Of a stretch of 64,000 nt of DNA, positions 31,556 to 42,697 are shown one piece after another. Location of the stretch: contig CBDBFU010000014.1 of the NCBI GenBank assembly GCA_965205025.1, positions 288,001 to 352,000 on the forward strand. Reading direction: 5' to 3'. Each line of letters begins with the position of its first letter. The stretch's first letter is position 1. Under the pieces are notes generated by a model. That model did not search any database, had not been told where the DNA came from, and saw only the letters and a program-made list of their open reading frames with translations. A program made the translations under genes and the position numbers. The DNA comes from Candidatus Poribacteria bacterium. GTDB lineage: Bacteria; Poribacteria; WGA-4E; WGA-3G.

Positions 31556-32169
31556 CTATCTGTCATGAGGAAAACTTGCTGAATATTGGACTTATGTGAA
31601 ACAATATTGTACAATAAGTTACTTAGTACAAGTCGTTTTTATATCATCCTTTTTCTGTAGGGGTTTTGCGTCTCCTCGCAGGACGATAGTGAACGTGGCA
31701 GACATTTCTCAAATGCCCCTGCCGAGTAAGGTCTTATGATTCTACTTCCGTATCAACATCTTACGCGTAGCAGTGAAATCTCCCGCGCTGAATTTGACAA
31801 AATAGACCCCTGCCGCCACCTTCTCACCAAGATTATTCTTACCATCCCAATACGCCGCACGGATCCGACTATGATACATACCCGCAGCCCGATACCCTAA
31901 CGCCAACCGACGCACGACTATACCTCTTACATCATAGATTGTCAATGTAACATCAGCAGGTTTAGATAACTGATATGGTATCCACGTCTCTGGGTTGAAC
32001 GGGTTCGGGTAGTTCGCTAAAAGTGCTGTTGACATAGGAACAGCGGTGTGTGAAGGAGCACCTGGTGGAATGGTAATGTCAAGACTTAAACTTCCACCAG
32101 CTGCCTCAATTGCTGCTTTGAGTCTACGGAGTGGTCCGTAATCTGTAATCGAATTTCCAGAGATGTATA

Positions 32170-32850
32170 GGGTTGTTAGCGAAGTTAAATCTTCAAGCGC
32201 ACTGACATCACTGATGGAATTGCCACCCAGATCGAGATATGTCAACGAAGTCAACTTAGAAAGTGTAGATATATCACTGATGGAATTGCTATTCAGATAG
32301 AGCCATGTCAACGATGTCAACCCTGAAAGTGCTGATATATCACTGATGGAAGTGCTATTCAGATAGAGCGTTGTCAACGAAGTCAACCCAGAAACCGCTG
32401 ATATATCACTGATGGAATTGCCACCCAGATCGAGACGTGTCAACGATGTCAACCCTGAAAGTGCGGATATATCACTGATGGAATTGCCACCCAGACCGAG
32501 CCATGTCAACGAAGTCAACCCAGAAACCACTGATATATCACTGATTTGAATAGCATCCAGATCGAGTTCTGTCAGATGAGTCAACCCAGAAAGCGCTGAT
32601 ATATCGCTGATGGAATTGCTATTCAGAGCGAGCGTTGTCAGATGAGTCAACCCTGAAAGTGCTGATATATCACTGATGGAATTGTGATTCAGAGCGAGCC
32701 ATGTCAGATGAGTCAACCCTGAAAGTGCTGATATATCACTGATGGAATTGCCACCCAGATCGAGATGTGTCAACGAAGTCAACCCAGAAAGCGCTGATAT
32801 ATCGCTGATGGAATTGCTATTCAGAGCGAGCGTTGTCAGTTGTGTCGCAT
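32170..32850 (-). repeat. 66-bp near-identical coding tandem repeats (22-aa LRR), about 10 units
   Basis: Recurring GATATATC(A/G)CTGATGGAATTG...GTCAACCC at 66-nt period. Confidence 0.9.
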
Positions 32851-33325
32851 ATTCTAATCCTGATATGTTGCTTATCGCAGAATAACCAGCAGATAGTCCT
32901 GTTAATTCTTGCAGTGTCTGCTGTGTGAGAGCATCACCTGCTTGCAGCCCAAGAGCTTTTCGCACCGCAGCGCGTAACTCCGCATCCGGCATCCACTCCT
33001 CCGCGCTATCGGCAATCGACGCAGCTCCAATGTCAACATCTATGCTTATTTCATGGGTAGTCTTTGCTTGTAGACTATGGAGCGGTGCATAATCTGTGAT
33101 CTGATTTCCTGCAAGACTTAATGATATGAGGGCTGTCAAACCTTCAAGTGAACTGACATCGTTGATGGAATTATAACTTAGACTAAGTCCTGTCAGCGAA
33201 GTCAACCCTGAAAGTGCTGATATATCACTGATGGAATTGTTTCGCAGATAGAGTTCTGTCAGATTGGTTAATCCAGAAAGCGCAGATATATCACTTATGT
33301 TATTAACATATAGATATAAATACTG

Positions 33326-34415
33326 CAGGACTTACGCAAAATTACAAAATGTGTTATTCTTATTGATTATGAACACATTTACACATTCTAAAAAGAAGCA
33401 AGACTTATTTTCCGATTATTGTCAATATTTGTTTTCAAGTTTCACTAATTTTACACAAACTTATTTTGCTAAACATACAGACCGTTGGAGCCACGATCAA
33501 CTCAATCGCTTTCTGAGAGACGAAAACATTCCTACAAGTGAACTCTGGGCATCCGTCAAAGACGACATCGACTTTGATGAAGAAGGATACCTGATTTTTG
33601 ATGATGTTGTGCTGTCAAAAATACATTCTAAACGGATTGAAATAGTACGCTCTCAATGGAGTGGTAGTGACAGAAAGGTGATTCAAGGTATCGGTATTGT
33701 CACCTGTCTCTATGTCAACCCTAAGACACAGGAATATTGGGTCATTGATTACCGTATTTTTGACAGAGATCATGACGGTAAAACCAAAATCGATCATTTA
33801 TTGGATATGTTGCACGATGCTTATTCTAAGAAACAACTCCCATTCCGGACAGTCTTGATGGACTCTTGGTATGCGTCCATGAAAGTGATGAAAGCGATTG
33901 ATAGACTTTCTAAGATCTATTATGTTCCGTTGAAACGAAACCGTCTTGTGAATGATACCAAAGGTGTAGAACCTCACAAGGCAGTCAAAGATCTATCTTG
34001 GTCTCAAGCAGAAAAGAAAAGCGGTAAACGCGTACATCTCAAAAACTTTCCGAAAGGTTCTGTCGTAAAGTTATTCCGGTTTGTGTCTGATACCGGACGC
34101 ACGGAATATATAGTGACAAACGATTTGACACAATCAAATGTGGATATGACTCACCAAAAGTGTCGTCTCCGTTGGAAGATTGAACTCCTTCATCGTGAGA
34201 TGAAACAAGTAACCGGTATTGGTAAATGCCAATGTCGTAAGATGCGTGCCCAGAGAAATCATATTGCGTGTAGTTTCCAAGTATGGGTCTTTATGACGCG
34301 TGTTGTACGTGCTGTTGGACAAAAGATTTACAAGTTTAAAGATGGTTTATTGAGTGATTACTTAAAACATCAACTCTCAAATCCTTCAATAAAATTTAAA
34401 ACTGCGTAAGTCCTG
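33326..34415 (+). mobile_element. IS701-family insertion sequence, 1090 bp
   Basis: Perfect 13-bp TIRs CAGGACTTACGCA / TGCGTAAGTCCTG; 5-bp TSD TACTG at 33321-33325 and 34416-34420. Confidence 0.93.
33369..34409 (+). CDS. IS701-family DDE transposase
   Basis: SHDQLNRFL, LIFDD, VLMDSWYA, RWKIELLHREMKQVTG, CQCRKMRAQRNH; first ATG inside the IS is at 33369; stop lies in the right TIR. Confidence 0.92.
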   Translation: MNTFTHSKKKQDLFSDYCQYLFSSFTNFTQTYFAKHTDRWSHDQLNRFLRDENIPTSELWASVKDDIDFDEEGYLIFDDVVLSKIHSKRIEIVRSQWSGSDRKVIQGIGIVTCLYVNPKTQEYWVIDYRIFDRDHDGKTKIDHLLDMLHDAYSKKQLPFRTVLMDSWYASMKVMKAIDRLSKIYYVPLKRNRLVNDTKGVEPHKAVKDLSWSQAEKKSGKRVHLKNFPKGSVVKLFRFVSDTGRTEYIVTNDLTQSNVDMTHQKCRLRWKIELLHREMKQVTGIGKCQCRKMRAQRNHIACSFQVWVFMTRVVRAVGQKIYKFKDGLLSDYLKHQLSNPSIKFKTA

Positions 34416-37400
34416 TACTGTAAAGATGTCAAACTACCGAGCGCGCTAACATCACTGATGTTATTGTTAGCGAGATCTAAACTGGTTAAATTCGTAAAAT
34501 CTTTCAGTGGAGTGATATCACCACCGAATTGAATACTATCTATAAATAAACCAGTAAGTTTTAGTAAACTTTGTAGAGGTAAGATGTCGTCGATTGGATT
34601 GATACCAGCAGATAAATTCTCTAGTGATGTCAACCCCGCAAGTGGTTGGATGTTACTGATATTATTGCCATCGATAGATAACTGACGGAGTTTCGTTAAA
34701 TCTTTCAGAGGTGTGATATCACTGATGGAATTGTTCCCCAGATCTAGCGATGTCAGTTGTGTCGCATATTCTAATCCTGATATATCACGTATTGCAGAAT
34801 CTCTGGCAGATAGTTCTGTTAATCCTTTCAGTGCCTGCTGTGTCAGCTTTTCACCTTCCTGCAATCCGAGTACGGCGCGCACCTTAGTGCGTAAATTGGC
34901 ATCCGGCATCCAATCCAACCCGGAAAAGGCGGCATTAACAGAAATAGAGATGGTCTGCGTAGCAGTAAACTCGCCATCGCTGGCTGTTATTGTAATTGTT
35001 GCACTCCCTATTCCTATTGGCGTGATTGTAATTTGAGAACCAACCGCATTCACAGTCGCAACACTATTATTATCGGAACTTGTTGAATATGTGAGTGTAT
35101 TTTCATCAGGGTCCTGAAAGTTGTCGGAAACATCTAAAACTACGGCAGAATCCCCAACTGTTAGCGTCCGAGCAGAAATCGTACCCACTGTCACAGGTGC
35201 ACGATTCGCAATAGATGCATCGGTGATTGTAATGTAAACAGTCTGCGTAGCATAGAACTCCCCATCACTTGCTTCAATGGTAATGGTTGTAGTTCCATGA
35301 CTTATAGGGGTAATTTCGAGTTGAGAACCGAAAATGCTTGCGGTTGCGATGCTCCTATTATTAGAATATGCGGTGTATGTGAGCGTGTCATTCTCCGGAT
35401 CCGTGAAGTTGCCAGAAACATCTATTTGAACAGATGCATCCCCAATTCTCAGTGTATGATCAGAAATGGTGCCGACTGCGATAGGTGCTTGATTCAATGA
35501 CCCTACAGAAACAGAAATAGTCTGTGTAGCAGTAAACTCACCATCGCTGGCTGTCACGGTTATTGTTGTCTCTCCTTCACTCACAGGGGTGATGGTGACC
35601 TGTGAACCAGACACACTTGCGTCTGCCACACTGCTGTTACTGGAGCTGGTTGAATATGTGAGCGTATCTCCATCGGGGTCCTGAAAGTTGCTCGAAACAT
35701 CTAAAACCGAGGCAGAATCCCCAACTGTAAACGCCTGTTGAAAGATCGTCCCAACTGCTACCGGTGCACGATTCCGCTTTACCACAGAAACTGAAACAGT
35801 CTGCATTGCGGTCAACTCGCCATCACTGGCTGTCACGGTAATTGTTGCGATCCCTTCACTCACAGGCGTGATTCTGACCTGAGAACCCGACACAGTCACA
35901 GTTGCGATATGTCCATTATTTGAAGTTGCAGTATACGTCAGAGCGTCGTTATCCGGATCACGAAAGTTGCTGGAAACATCTATCTGAAGAGGGGAATCAC
36001 CAATGTTCAATGTCTGTGCAGAAATGCTTCCCACTGCTACCGGCGCGTAATTAGGACGCACAGTAATAGCAGCCGCTGCGGAGCAATTATTGTTACTATT
36101 ACTCTCATTTGTCACCCTTGATACACATGCCCCATAATAATAAACACCCGGTTCAGTCGGTGCTGTCAGTCTGATAGATTCATTGTCTGTCTCATTTGTA
36201 TCTAAACTTGACACAAAGTCATCGCCAACTTTTTTGTCACTGCTTGATATGCGGGCATCAGACGAAAGGTAATACGTTAGCCTTGTAGAAGATGTCGGTT
36301 CCCCTAATCCTTGATTACGGACAGTGGTACGTAGCGTAAATTCTTGACCGGGGTCAAGGGTCGGGCTGCTCACAGAAATAGATTCAACGAGATAGTCAGG
36401 AGAACCGGTAACCTCTACACGTTCTTCATCGGCAAGGTTGTTTCTTAGTGCGTGTTCATCCAAGTGATCCGTATTATCAGTGTTATGAATATTAGATCGC
36501 AACAGTGCACCATAATAATACCGATCAGGGGTCGTAGGTGCATCCACAGAAAGTGTTAACGTTGTGCTTCTACGTTCTTGGAGCGATGGCACGCGTAGTG
36601 ACCCAGCACTTCGTAAACCCCTTTCTACAGCTAACTCCTCAAGATTATCGTTACGACTGCCCGAATGATAATAAAAATAGACATTTGTTGCAGCGGACTC
36701 ACCGGGACCATTGTTGCGGATTTCAACTTCTAACTCAAATTCTTGTCCGAGGTTTACCTCATCGTCACTCACATCAAAGTCCCGAATTTTTAGGTCTGGC
36801 GGTTGGCGGAACAATAGTTGATCACCACCGACTGCTTCTGCACTCCATCCTTCTATATTTGCACGATCCCAGTCTATTTTCCACCATGTGAATCCATTCG
36901 CACTTCTGGGACCATCCTCAATAATCCCGGTAGCACCGTTACCCACAAGGTCTATTATGGCGTTGTTAGTTCCGGGACCACTTCTTACTCTAAGCGTATT
37001 TCCTTGAGCAAGTCCATCAACAATAACAGAAACACCTTCTCTCAATCCTTCAGCGCGAGGGTTGCTGCGATCAGGGACATTGAAGGTTGGATCCGTGTTC
37101 GTAGGAGGACGGACAATAACCGCACTGGTTTGGCTTACTACCACAGATATAGTCTGTATAGCAGTTAAATCCGTGTTCACCGTATCGCGTGCTGTAACTA
37201 CCACTGTTACAACCCCTCCTGATACAGGTGTAATCGTGACTCGTGAACCGGAAACAGATGTTTTTACAATGCCACTTGGATTTGATGCTGCTTCATAGGT
37301 AAGGTTATTTGAAGAAGAGAAATATTGTGAAACGTCCACTGTTGTAGCAGAACCGTCTTCTGTCAAAGTTTTAGACGGAATCGTACCTACAGCTCTCGGT

Positions 37401-39110
37401 GGGTTCGTTACGATCAACTGAGCGGACACAGTGACGTTGAAAGTTTGCGTAGCAGTGAGTTGACTATCGCTTGCTGTTACAGTAACTTGCGCGCTACCTT
37501 CACCCGTCGGTGAAATACTTATACTTGCAGTTCCTGTTCTCTGTGCACTCACAACGTTCGCATCGCTGGAGGTTACGGTGTATGTAAGCGCGTCACCATC
37601 TGGGTCACGAAAATAACCTGATACATCAATCGTTGTAGAAGAATCACCCATCCGCAGCGTTTGGGTAGAAATTGAATTAATAAGTCCAGGTGCTTGATTC
37701 GCCACGGGTGTAGGTGAAGTCTCTACGACAACAGAAAAAGTTTGCGCAACTGAATATTCTCCATCGCTTGCTGTTACGGTAAATGTTGCAGAACCTGCTT
37801 TTTTTGGGATGATTGCTAATCTATAATCTGATTCTTGCCATGGGCTCACTGGTAGGATCTCTATACGATTACTTGATGTCTTGTGCAACTGCAAATCTAT
37901 CACACCAGAATTCTGTCCAATCTCCACATTGTAGGTGAGTATATCGTCGTTTGGATCGCTAAAGTACTCAGACATATCCAGCGCATGGGCAAGATTCCCT
38001 ACTGTCATAGTGGGGAGTCGGATTGGTGCCTTGTTCTTTTTCAGAGTTGGTGCACGGTTTCCCTGAACAACAAAAATGTTCCATGTAAATTCCGCCCTTC
38101 CTCCCGCTTTGGTTTCGATTGTAGCAGTTACGGTTTTTTTACCACCTATGTCCCAACTGTACTTTGTAGAATGTGTGCGTGAGGGATTTAATAACGAAGC
38201 TCCCCAACCTTTTCGGTCTGCATCTGTACCATGAGAGTTAAATTCAATGTAGCGAATTTTATCATCGCTTTTTGCTGTGATCTTGAATGTCGTATCAACT
38301 CCTTCCTGAGTTTGCCATGTCTCCACAGAATTTAAAACTAAATAGTCCGCACCTGAAAGAATATCTGTCCCTTCGCTTTCCTTGACGTATTTAAGATTCG
38401 GAACTACTTTTGTTATTTCCGGTGGGGGTATAGCTACATTCACTGTCCAAGTCAAAGTGGCTGGAGCATATTGCTGATTTTTGGAGTGAACGGTAGCAGT
38501 TACTATGTAACTTCCAACTGTATTCCATGTATACTTAACTTTATGCACATGACTGGCACAAAAAGTAGCACACGTGTCTTCTTCTTTCCCATCTACTTGC
38601 GGATATTCTTCTTCAGTAATCGGATTTAAATCATCAACTGAAGAAACAGAAAATACGATTTTATCAATAGGATTTGCAATCCCAGACCCTTCCCCTTTAA
38701 CTTTAAATTCCGTTTTTTTACCCAGTTTTAATTGAACCGAAGTATTCGTTGGTTTTACTCTTTCGATTGTCACTGCACTGCCAGTCTTCGGCAAAATGAG
38801 AATTAACAATAGAAGGCTTAATACACCAATAATATTTTTGACATTTACTTTCCAATTTTTTGATAAATGATAAAAAGACATAGATATTCTCCTTATTTAT
38901 ACTTATGCAGCATATATTTTAGATCAGCTGATTTCAATACGTTAACATCTGTATACGATAACCAAAACTAAATCGTTCTGGTCAACATCATTTTCTATAG
39001 ACAAGGCTTATGTAAATTTAGCGCGCAGATCAAGATTTTTGACTTCACCCTCAATCTCCGCATATTATCAAAAGAATTACCTGTTGTTGGATATAAGAGT
39101 GGTGTTCTAT

Positions 39111-40490
39111 TTATTTCGGAATAACGAAAGCAAAGCGACCTTCATGGTCCATATCCATAAGATCGGATGCATCAAACAGTCTGTTCGGATTTTCCTCATC
39201 TACGACATTAGCGGTACCATTTGCAATCAACCATAGACCGATACCGGTATCAGGGTGTGGGAATATATCATCCCGCACGACACTGAAAATCTTCGGAAGA
39301 CCCTCACGCGTAAGAGTAAACGGTTCACTCATCACGAAAAATTCTCCCAGACGTTCTCCAGTACTCCAGTCCGGTTGATTGAGAAATTGAAGACGCAGCT
39401 GCACAGCAGTCTCAACAGGACAAGCTTCAAGTCCCATCCCTTTTGCGCGTTGATAAATGGTATCAAGCGTAGCAAGCTCACCCTCAGCAAACCCCAACTC
39501 CAGCATAGAAACAACAACTATATCGACCGTTATTCCCTCTGCCATCACCGGAAAATCCGGATGTTCAAGGGCTTGCCTGGACCATAGACTGACCAAGCAT
39601 TTTTCTTCGATCAGTGCTTCTAAAAGATCAACACCAGTCCTATGGGTTCCGAGTGTTACGGTAAAATCAGCTTCAAAACTCACTTCATCTTTTGTATCTT
39701 CACTATTATTTACAAAGTTATTACTGTCCTGTTTTTGCATATTTGCAAGGTATTGAGTACTAACACTGTAAATCACCAGGATTGATAAAACCAAAACAGT
39801 TGCAATCCCTATCCACGGCAAGAACCGATCCCATTTCGAAGAGGGTGTAGGTTTCAGGTCAACAATTCTTCGCATGATGTTCTGCTTGATACTTGATGAT
39901 ATCTGCACGGCACCAAGAACTTCTTGAACCAAGAGTTCCTCTTCTTCACGTAATCGCTTACGAGCACGGGACATACGCGTTCTAATCGTTTCCACTGAAG
40001 TTCCTAAGAATTTACCTATCTCATTCGTAGTCAATTCACCAAGATAATAGAGCGTCATCACTGTCCGCTCACCCTCCGGCAATTTTTCCAACAGTTTATT
40101 CACGATCTCAAAACGATGTTCAGTTGCTTCTGTTTCTCGTTGCTCCGATACATACCGTGCATAATCAGATTTCACTACTTCTTCCATCGGTGTATCCTCC
40201 AATGATTGTAATTGTTTCGCATGTTTTTGTTTACGCAACCAATTTAGACAAAGTCGATTTGCAATAACATACAACCAGTTAAGAAATTGGTCTTTATTTT
40301 TTAAGGTAGAAAGTTTCTGATATGCGCGGAGGAAAGTATCCTGTGTAATTTCTTCTGCGTAGTGAAAATCACCGATTTTCCGCCACGCAATGGCGTGAAT
40401 ACTTTTTTGGTATTTTTCAACTAAAATGGCGAATGCTGAGTCGTCACCTGATAAGACATCATGAATCAATTGAACATCGTCTCTTTCCAT
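39111..40490 (-). CDS. ECF sigma-70 factor with a TM helix and a C-terminal extracytoplasmic domain
   Basis: Sigma region 2 (AEEITQDTFLRAY, WLYVIANRLCLNWLRK), region 4 (LPEGER...TIRTRMSRARKRL), TM segment FLPWIGIATVLVLSILVIY, then about 190 aa more. Confidence 0.9.
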   Translation of the reverse strand: MERDDVQLIHDVLSGDDSAFAILVEKYQKSIHAIAWRKIGDFHYAEEITQDTFLRAYQKLSTLKNKDQFLNWLYVIANRLCLNWLRKQKHAKQLQSLEDTPMEEVVKSDYARYVSEQRETEATEHRFEIVNKLLEKLPEGERTVMTLYYLGELTTNEIGKFLGTSVETIRTRMSRARKRLREEEELLVQEVLGAVQISSSIKQNIMRRIVDLKPTPSSKWDRFLPWIGIATVLVLSILVIYSVSTQYLANMQKQDSNNFVNNSEDTKDEVSFEADFTVTLGTHRTGVDLLEALIEEKCLVSLWSRQALEHPDFPVMAEGITVDIVVVSMLELGFAEGELATLDTIYQRAKGMGLEACPVETAVQLRLQFLNQPDWSTGERLGEFFVMSEPFTLTREGLPKIFSVVRDDIFPHPDTGIGLWLIANGTANVVDEENPNRLFDASDLMDMDHEGRFAFVIPK

Positions 40491-40620
40491 GGAGTACCCT
40501 CACACCTGTATATATGGCCGCATTTACATCCACTGAAACATCCAAATTAAGCACTGAGAATCAGATTATTGCCATGCAATACTATAGTTATGCTATATGA
40601 TTATTATCATCCCATTAGTT

Positions 40621-40649
40621 AAGACACATTATTTTTCCAAAACGTTACA
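40621..40649 (-). promoter_or_regulatory. Possible ECF-type autoregulatory promoter
   Basis: Minus strand TGTAAC-N17-TGTCT, about 130 nt upstream of the sigma gene. Confidence 0.3.
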
Positions 40650-40739
40650 TCATGCGAAAAAAAATAGAGTTTATCTTAAATAAATGTGCAAAACCTTCAA
40701 ATCGATTAACACACCAAATAGAGTATAGCCGTCAATTCT

Positions 40740-41340
40740 GTACCACAAACTTATGAAGATTAATAAAATATTTCGGTAATCCAGTCCATAAACTTATCGT
40801 AGGGGCGGGGTTAACCCGCCCGTATATTACCGAATTTAAAAGTTAATCTTGATTACGCATTCCTCGGAACTGTATCCGTTCTAAAGACACATGGGTTTCT
40901 TCAATAGACCTGTCTACGAAATATTTATAGAAGATATATTTGAACCAAATTCTTGAGTCCCATAGGGACGGAATGTTTATAGCAAAGATGCTTGCTTCAT
41001 ATTCTTGAGTCCCGTAGGGACGGAATGTGTATTGAAGTCGTTATTTCCAATATTCTAAGCCCCGGTGAATGCCATAAGGCATTCATACCCGGGGAACGCC
41101 CACAGGCGTTCATACCGTTGATTCCTTGATTTGCGGGGCGAAAGGTGTGTAGAAAACGTACTAAACCACTAAACCTAAGCCCCGGTGAATGCCATAAGGC
41201 ATTCATACCCGGGGAACGCCCACAGGCGTTCATACCGTTGATTCCTTGATTTGCGGGGCGAAAGGTGTATCCTTAACCAGTATAATACCGATAACCCGTA
41301 TAATACCGAATTAATATATTAATCTTCATTTAGTTTGTGA
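40740..41340. mobile_element. Composite nested MITE/REP cluster
   Basis: GTACCACAAAC..GTTTGTG REP split by ATGAAGATTAAT...ATTAATCTTCAT TIRs; contains GTAG REPs and a 120-nt-period tandem duplicate (41055-41148 / 41175-41268). Confidence 0.7.
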
Positions 41341-41542
41341 TATTACTCCTTACCCTCTCCAAAACTATTATCCGTGAAATCCGCGTAATCTATGTAATCT
41401 GTGATTCAGACAACTAACTGATAGCCGAAAGCCAAAAGCTAAAAAATTATGAACAAAAATAAACTAATTAGCAACAAATATAAAAACTATCAGATAGATA
41501 ATTAAAACCATTTGCGTTGTTTCAATTATTAAATGATAAGAA

Positions 41543-41664
41543 CAGGACTTACGCATTTCATCTTAAAGTCCCCCTGATAAGGGGGATTTAGGGGGTTAAA
41601 ACACCGAAATGACGGCTTTTTAAGTCAAAATTTACCTTTTTCTGCTTAAGTTGCGTAAGTCCTA
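41543..41664 (+). mobile_element. 122-bp MITE with the TIRs of the IS701-family element
   Basis: CAGGACTTACGCA...TGCGTAAGTCCTA with 5-bp TSD AAGAA (41538-42 / 41665-69); internal CCCCCTGATAAGGGGG hairpin. Confidence 0.88.
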
Positions 41665-41764
41665 AAGAATTAAGAATATAGGCACCTTGACAAGCATTTA
41701 GTCAGTCAACTTTAATTTACTAACAACGTCTATATGTATATAGATATAGAAATAGGTATACCTT

Positions 41765-42697
41765 ATGAATCCACCAAAAGTTACCGTTGTAGGGAGTGCT
41801 AATGTTGATTTGGTAATTCGTTCAGAACGAATACCTGAAAAAGGAGAAACTATATTCGGTGATTCTTTTGATATATTCACAGGAGGTAAAGGTTTTAACC
41901 AAGCCACAGCCGCAGCCAGATTAGGAGCAGATGCAACTTTTATTAGTAAAGTGGGAAATGACAGCTTTGGAAAGATGCTTCGTGATGCCATGTCATCTGA
42001 GAACATTAATACACATCATGTTACTATAGATAAGGATGTTGGAACCGGTATAGCGAACATATTGGTTGATCCAAACGGTGAGAATAGTATTATAGTTATT
42101 CCTCGTGCAAATATGTGCATTAATATAACCGAAATTGACAAGGCAGCAGAGAGTATATCGGAAGCCGATATACTCTTGTTACAATTAGAAACACCTATTG
42201 ATGCTTCAATCCGTGCTACAGAAATAGCAAAAGCAAACAATACAACTGTGATCCTTGATCCGGCTCCAGCTAAACCATTACCTAAACATTTTCTATCACA
42301 GATAGATGTATTGACACCGAATACATCAGAAACCGAACATCTATCAGGTATACCTACAAATTCAATTGATTTATGTATTGATGCAGCGAAAGTATTGCAA
42401 CAGAAGTTATCTCAGGATAGATTCGCTGCAGTTGTAATGACACTTGGGAAGAAAGGTGTGCTACTTGTGACAAATAACCAAACTGAACATATATCTCCAG
42501 TTTCTGTTGATACAGTAGATACAACTGGGGCAGGTGATGCGTTCACTGGTGCATTAGCTACATCTCTTGCGAAATCAAAAACATTGATGGATTCTGTTCA
42601 TTTTGCAAATGCTGCCGGAGCAGCTGCCGTTACTGTCCTTGGCGCAACACCATCAATGCCAAATCCTTCAAAAATCGAATCATTAATGACAATGTAA
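41765..42697 (+). CDS. rbsK: Ribokinase
   Basis: VVGSANVDL, GGKGFNQA, LLQLETP, DTTGAGDAF. Confidence 0.92.
   Translation: MNPPKVTVVGSANVDLVIRSERIPEKGETIFGDSFDIFTGGKGFNQATAAARLGADATFISKVGNDSFGKMLRDAMSSENINTHHVTIDKDVGTGIANILVDPNGENSIIVIPRANMCINITEIDKAAESISEADILLLQLETPIDASIRATEIAKANNTTVILDPAPAKPLPKHFLSQIDVLTPNTSETEHLSGIPTNSIDLCIDAAKVLQQKLSQDRFAAVVMTLGKKGVLLVTNNQTEHISPVSVDTVDTTGAGDAFTGALATSLAKSKTLMDSVHFANAAGAAAVTVLGATPSMPNPSKIESLMTM

Larger units (their letters stand above)
31742..38881 (-). pseudogene. Giant secreted adhesin (~2014 aa: 7 Ig/cadherin-like repeats, SH3, 2 CARDB, 2 internalin-like LRR blocks, CTD) interrupted by an IS
   Basis: Removing 33326-34420 (IS plus one TSD, 1095 nt) joins the two ORFs in frame (...GSLTSLQY|LYLYVNNISDISALSG...), giving 6045 nt. 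Confidence 0.92.

Noticed and set aside
33264-33368. N-terminal extension of the transposase ORF
   Set aside because: It starts outside the left TIR in antisense LRR sequence; the likely start is ATG 33369.
3581-38881. Diversity-generating retroelement acting on the WD40 or LRR genes
   Set aside because: No reverse transcriptase in the window and no template/variable repeat pair with adenine-specific mismatches was seen.
41055-41268. Tandem palindromic repeats (also 50780-50920) as a CRISPR array
   Set aside because: Only 2-3 units, no unique spacers of constant length and no cas genes; better explained as REPs with hairpin inserts.
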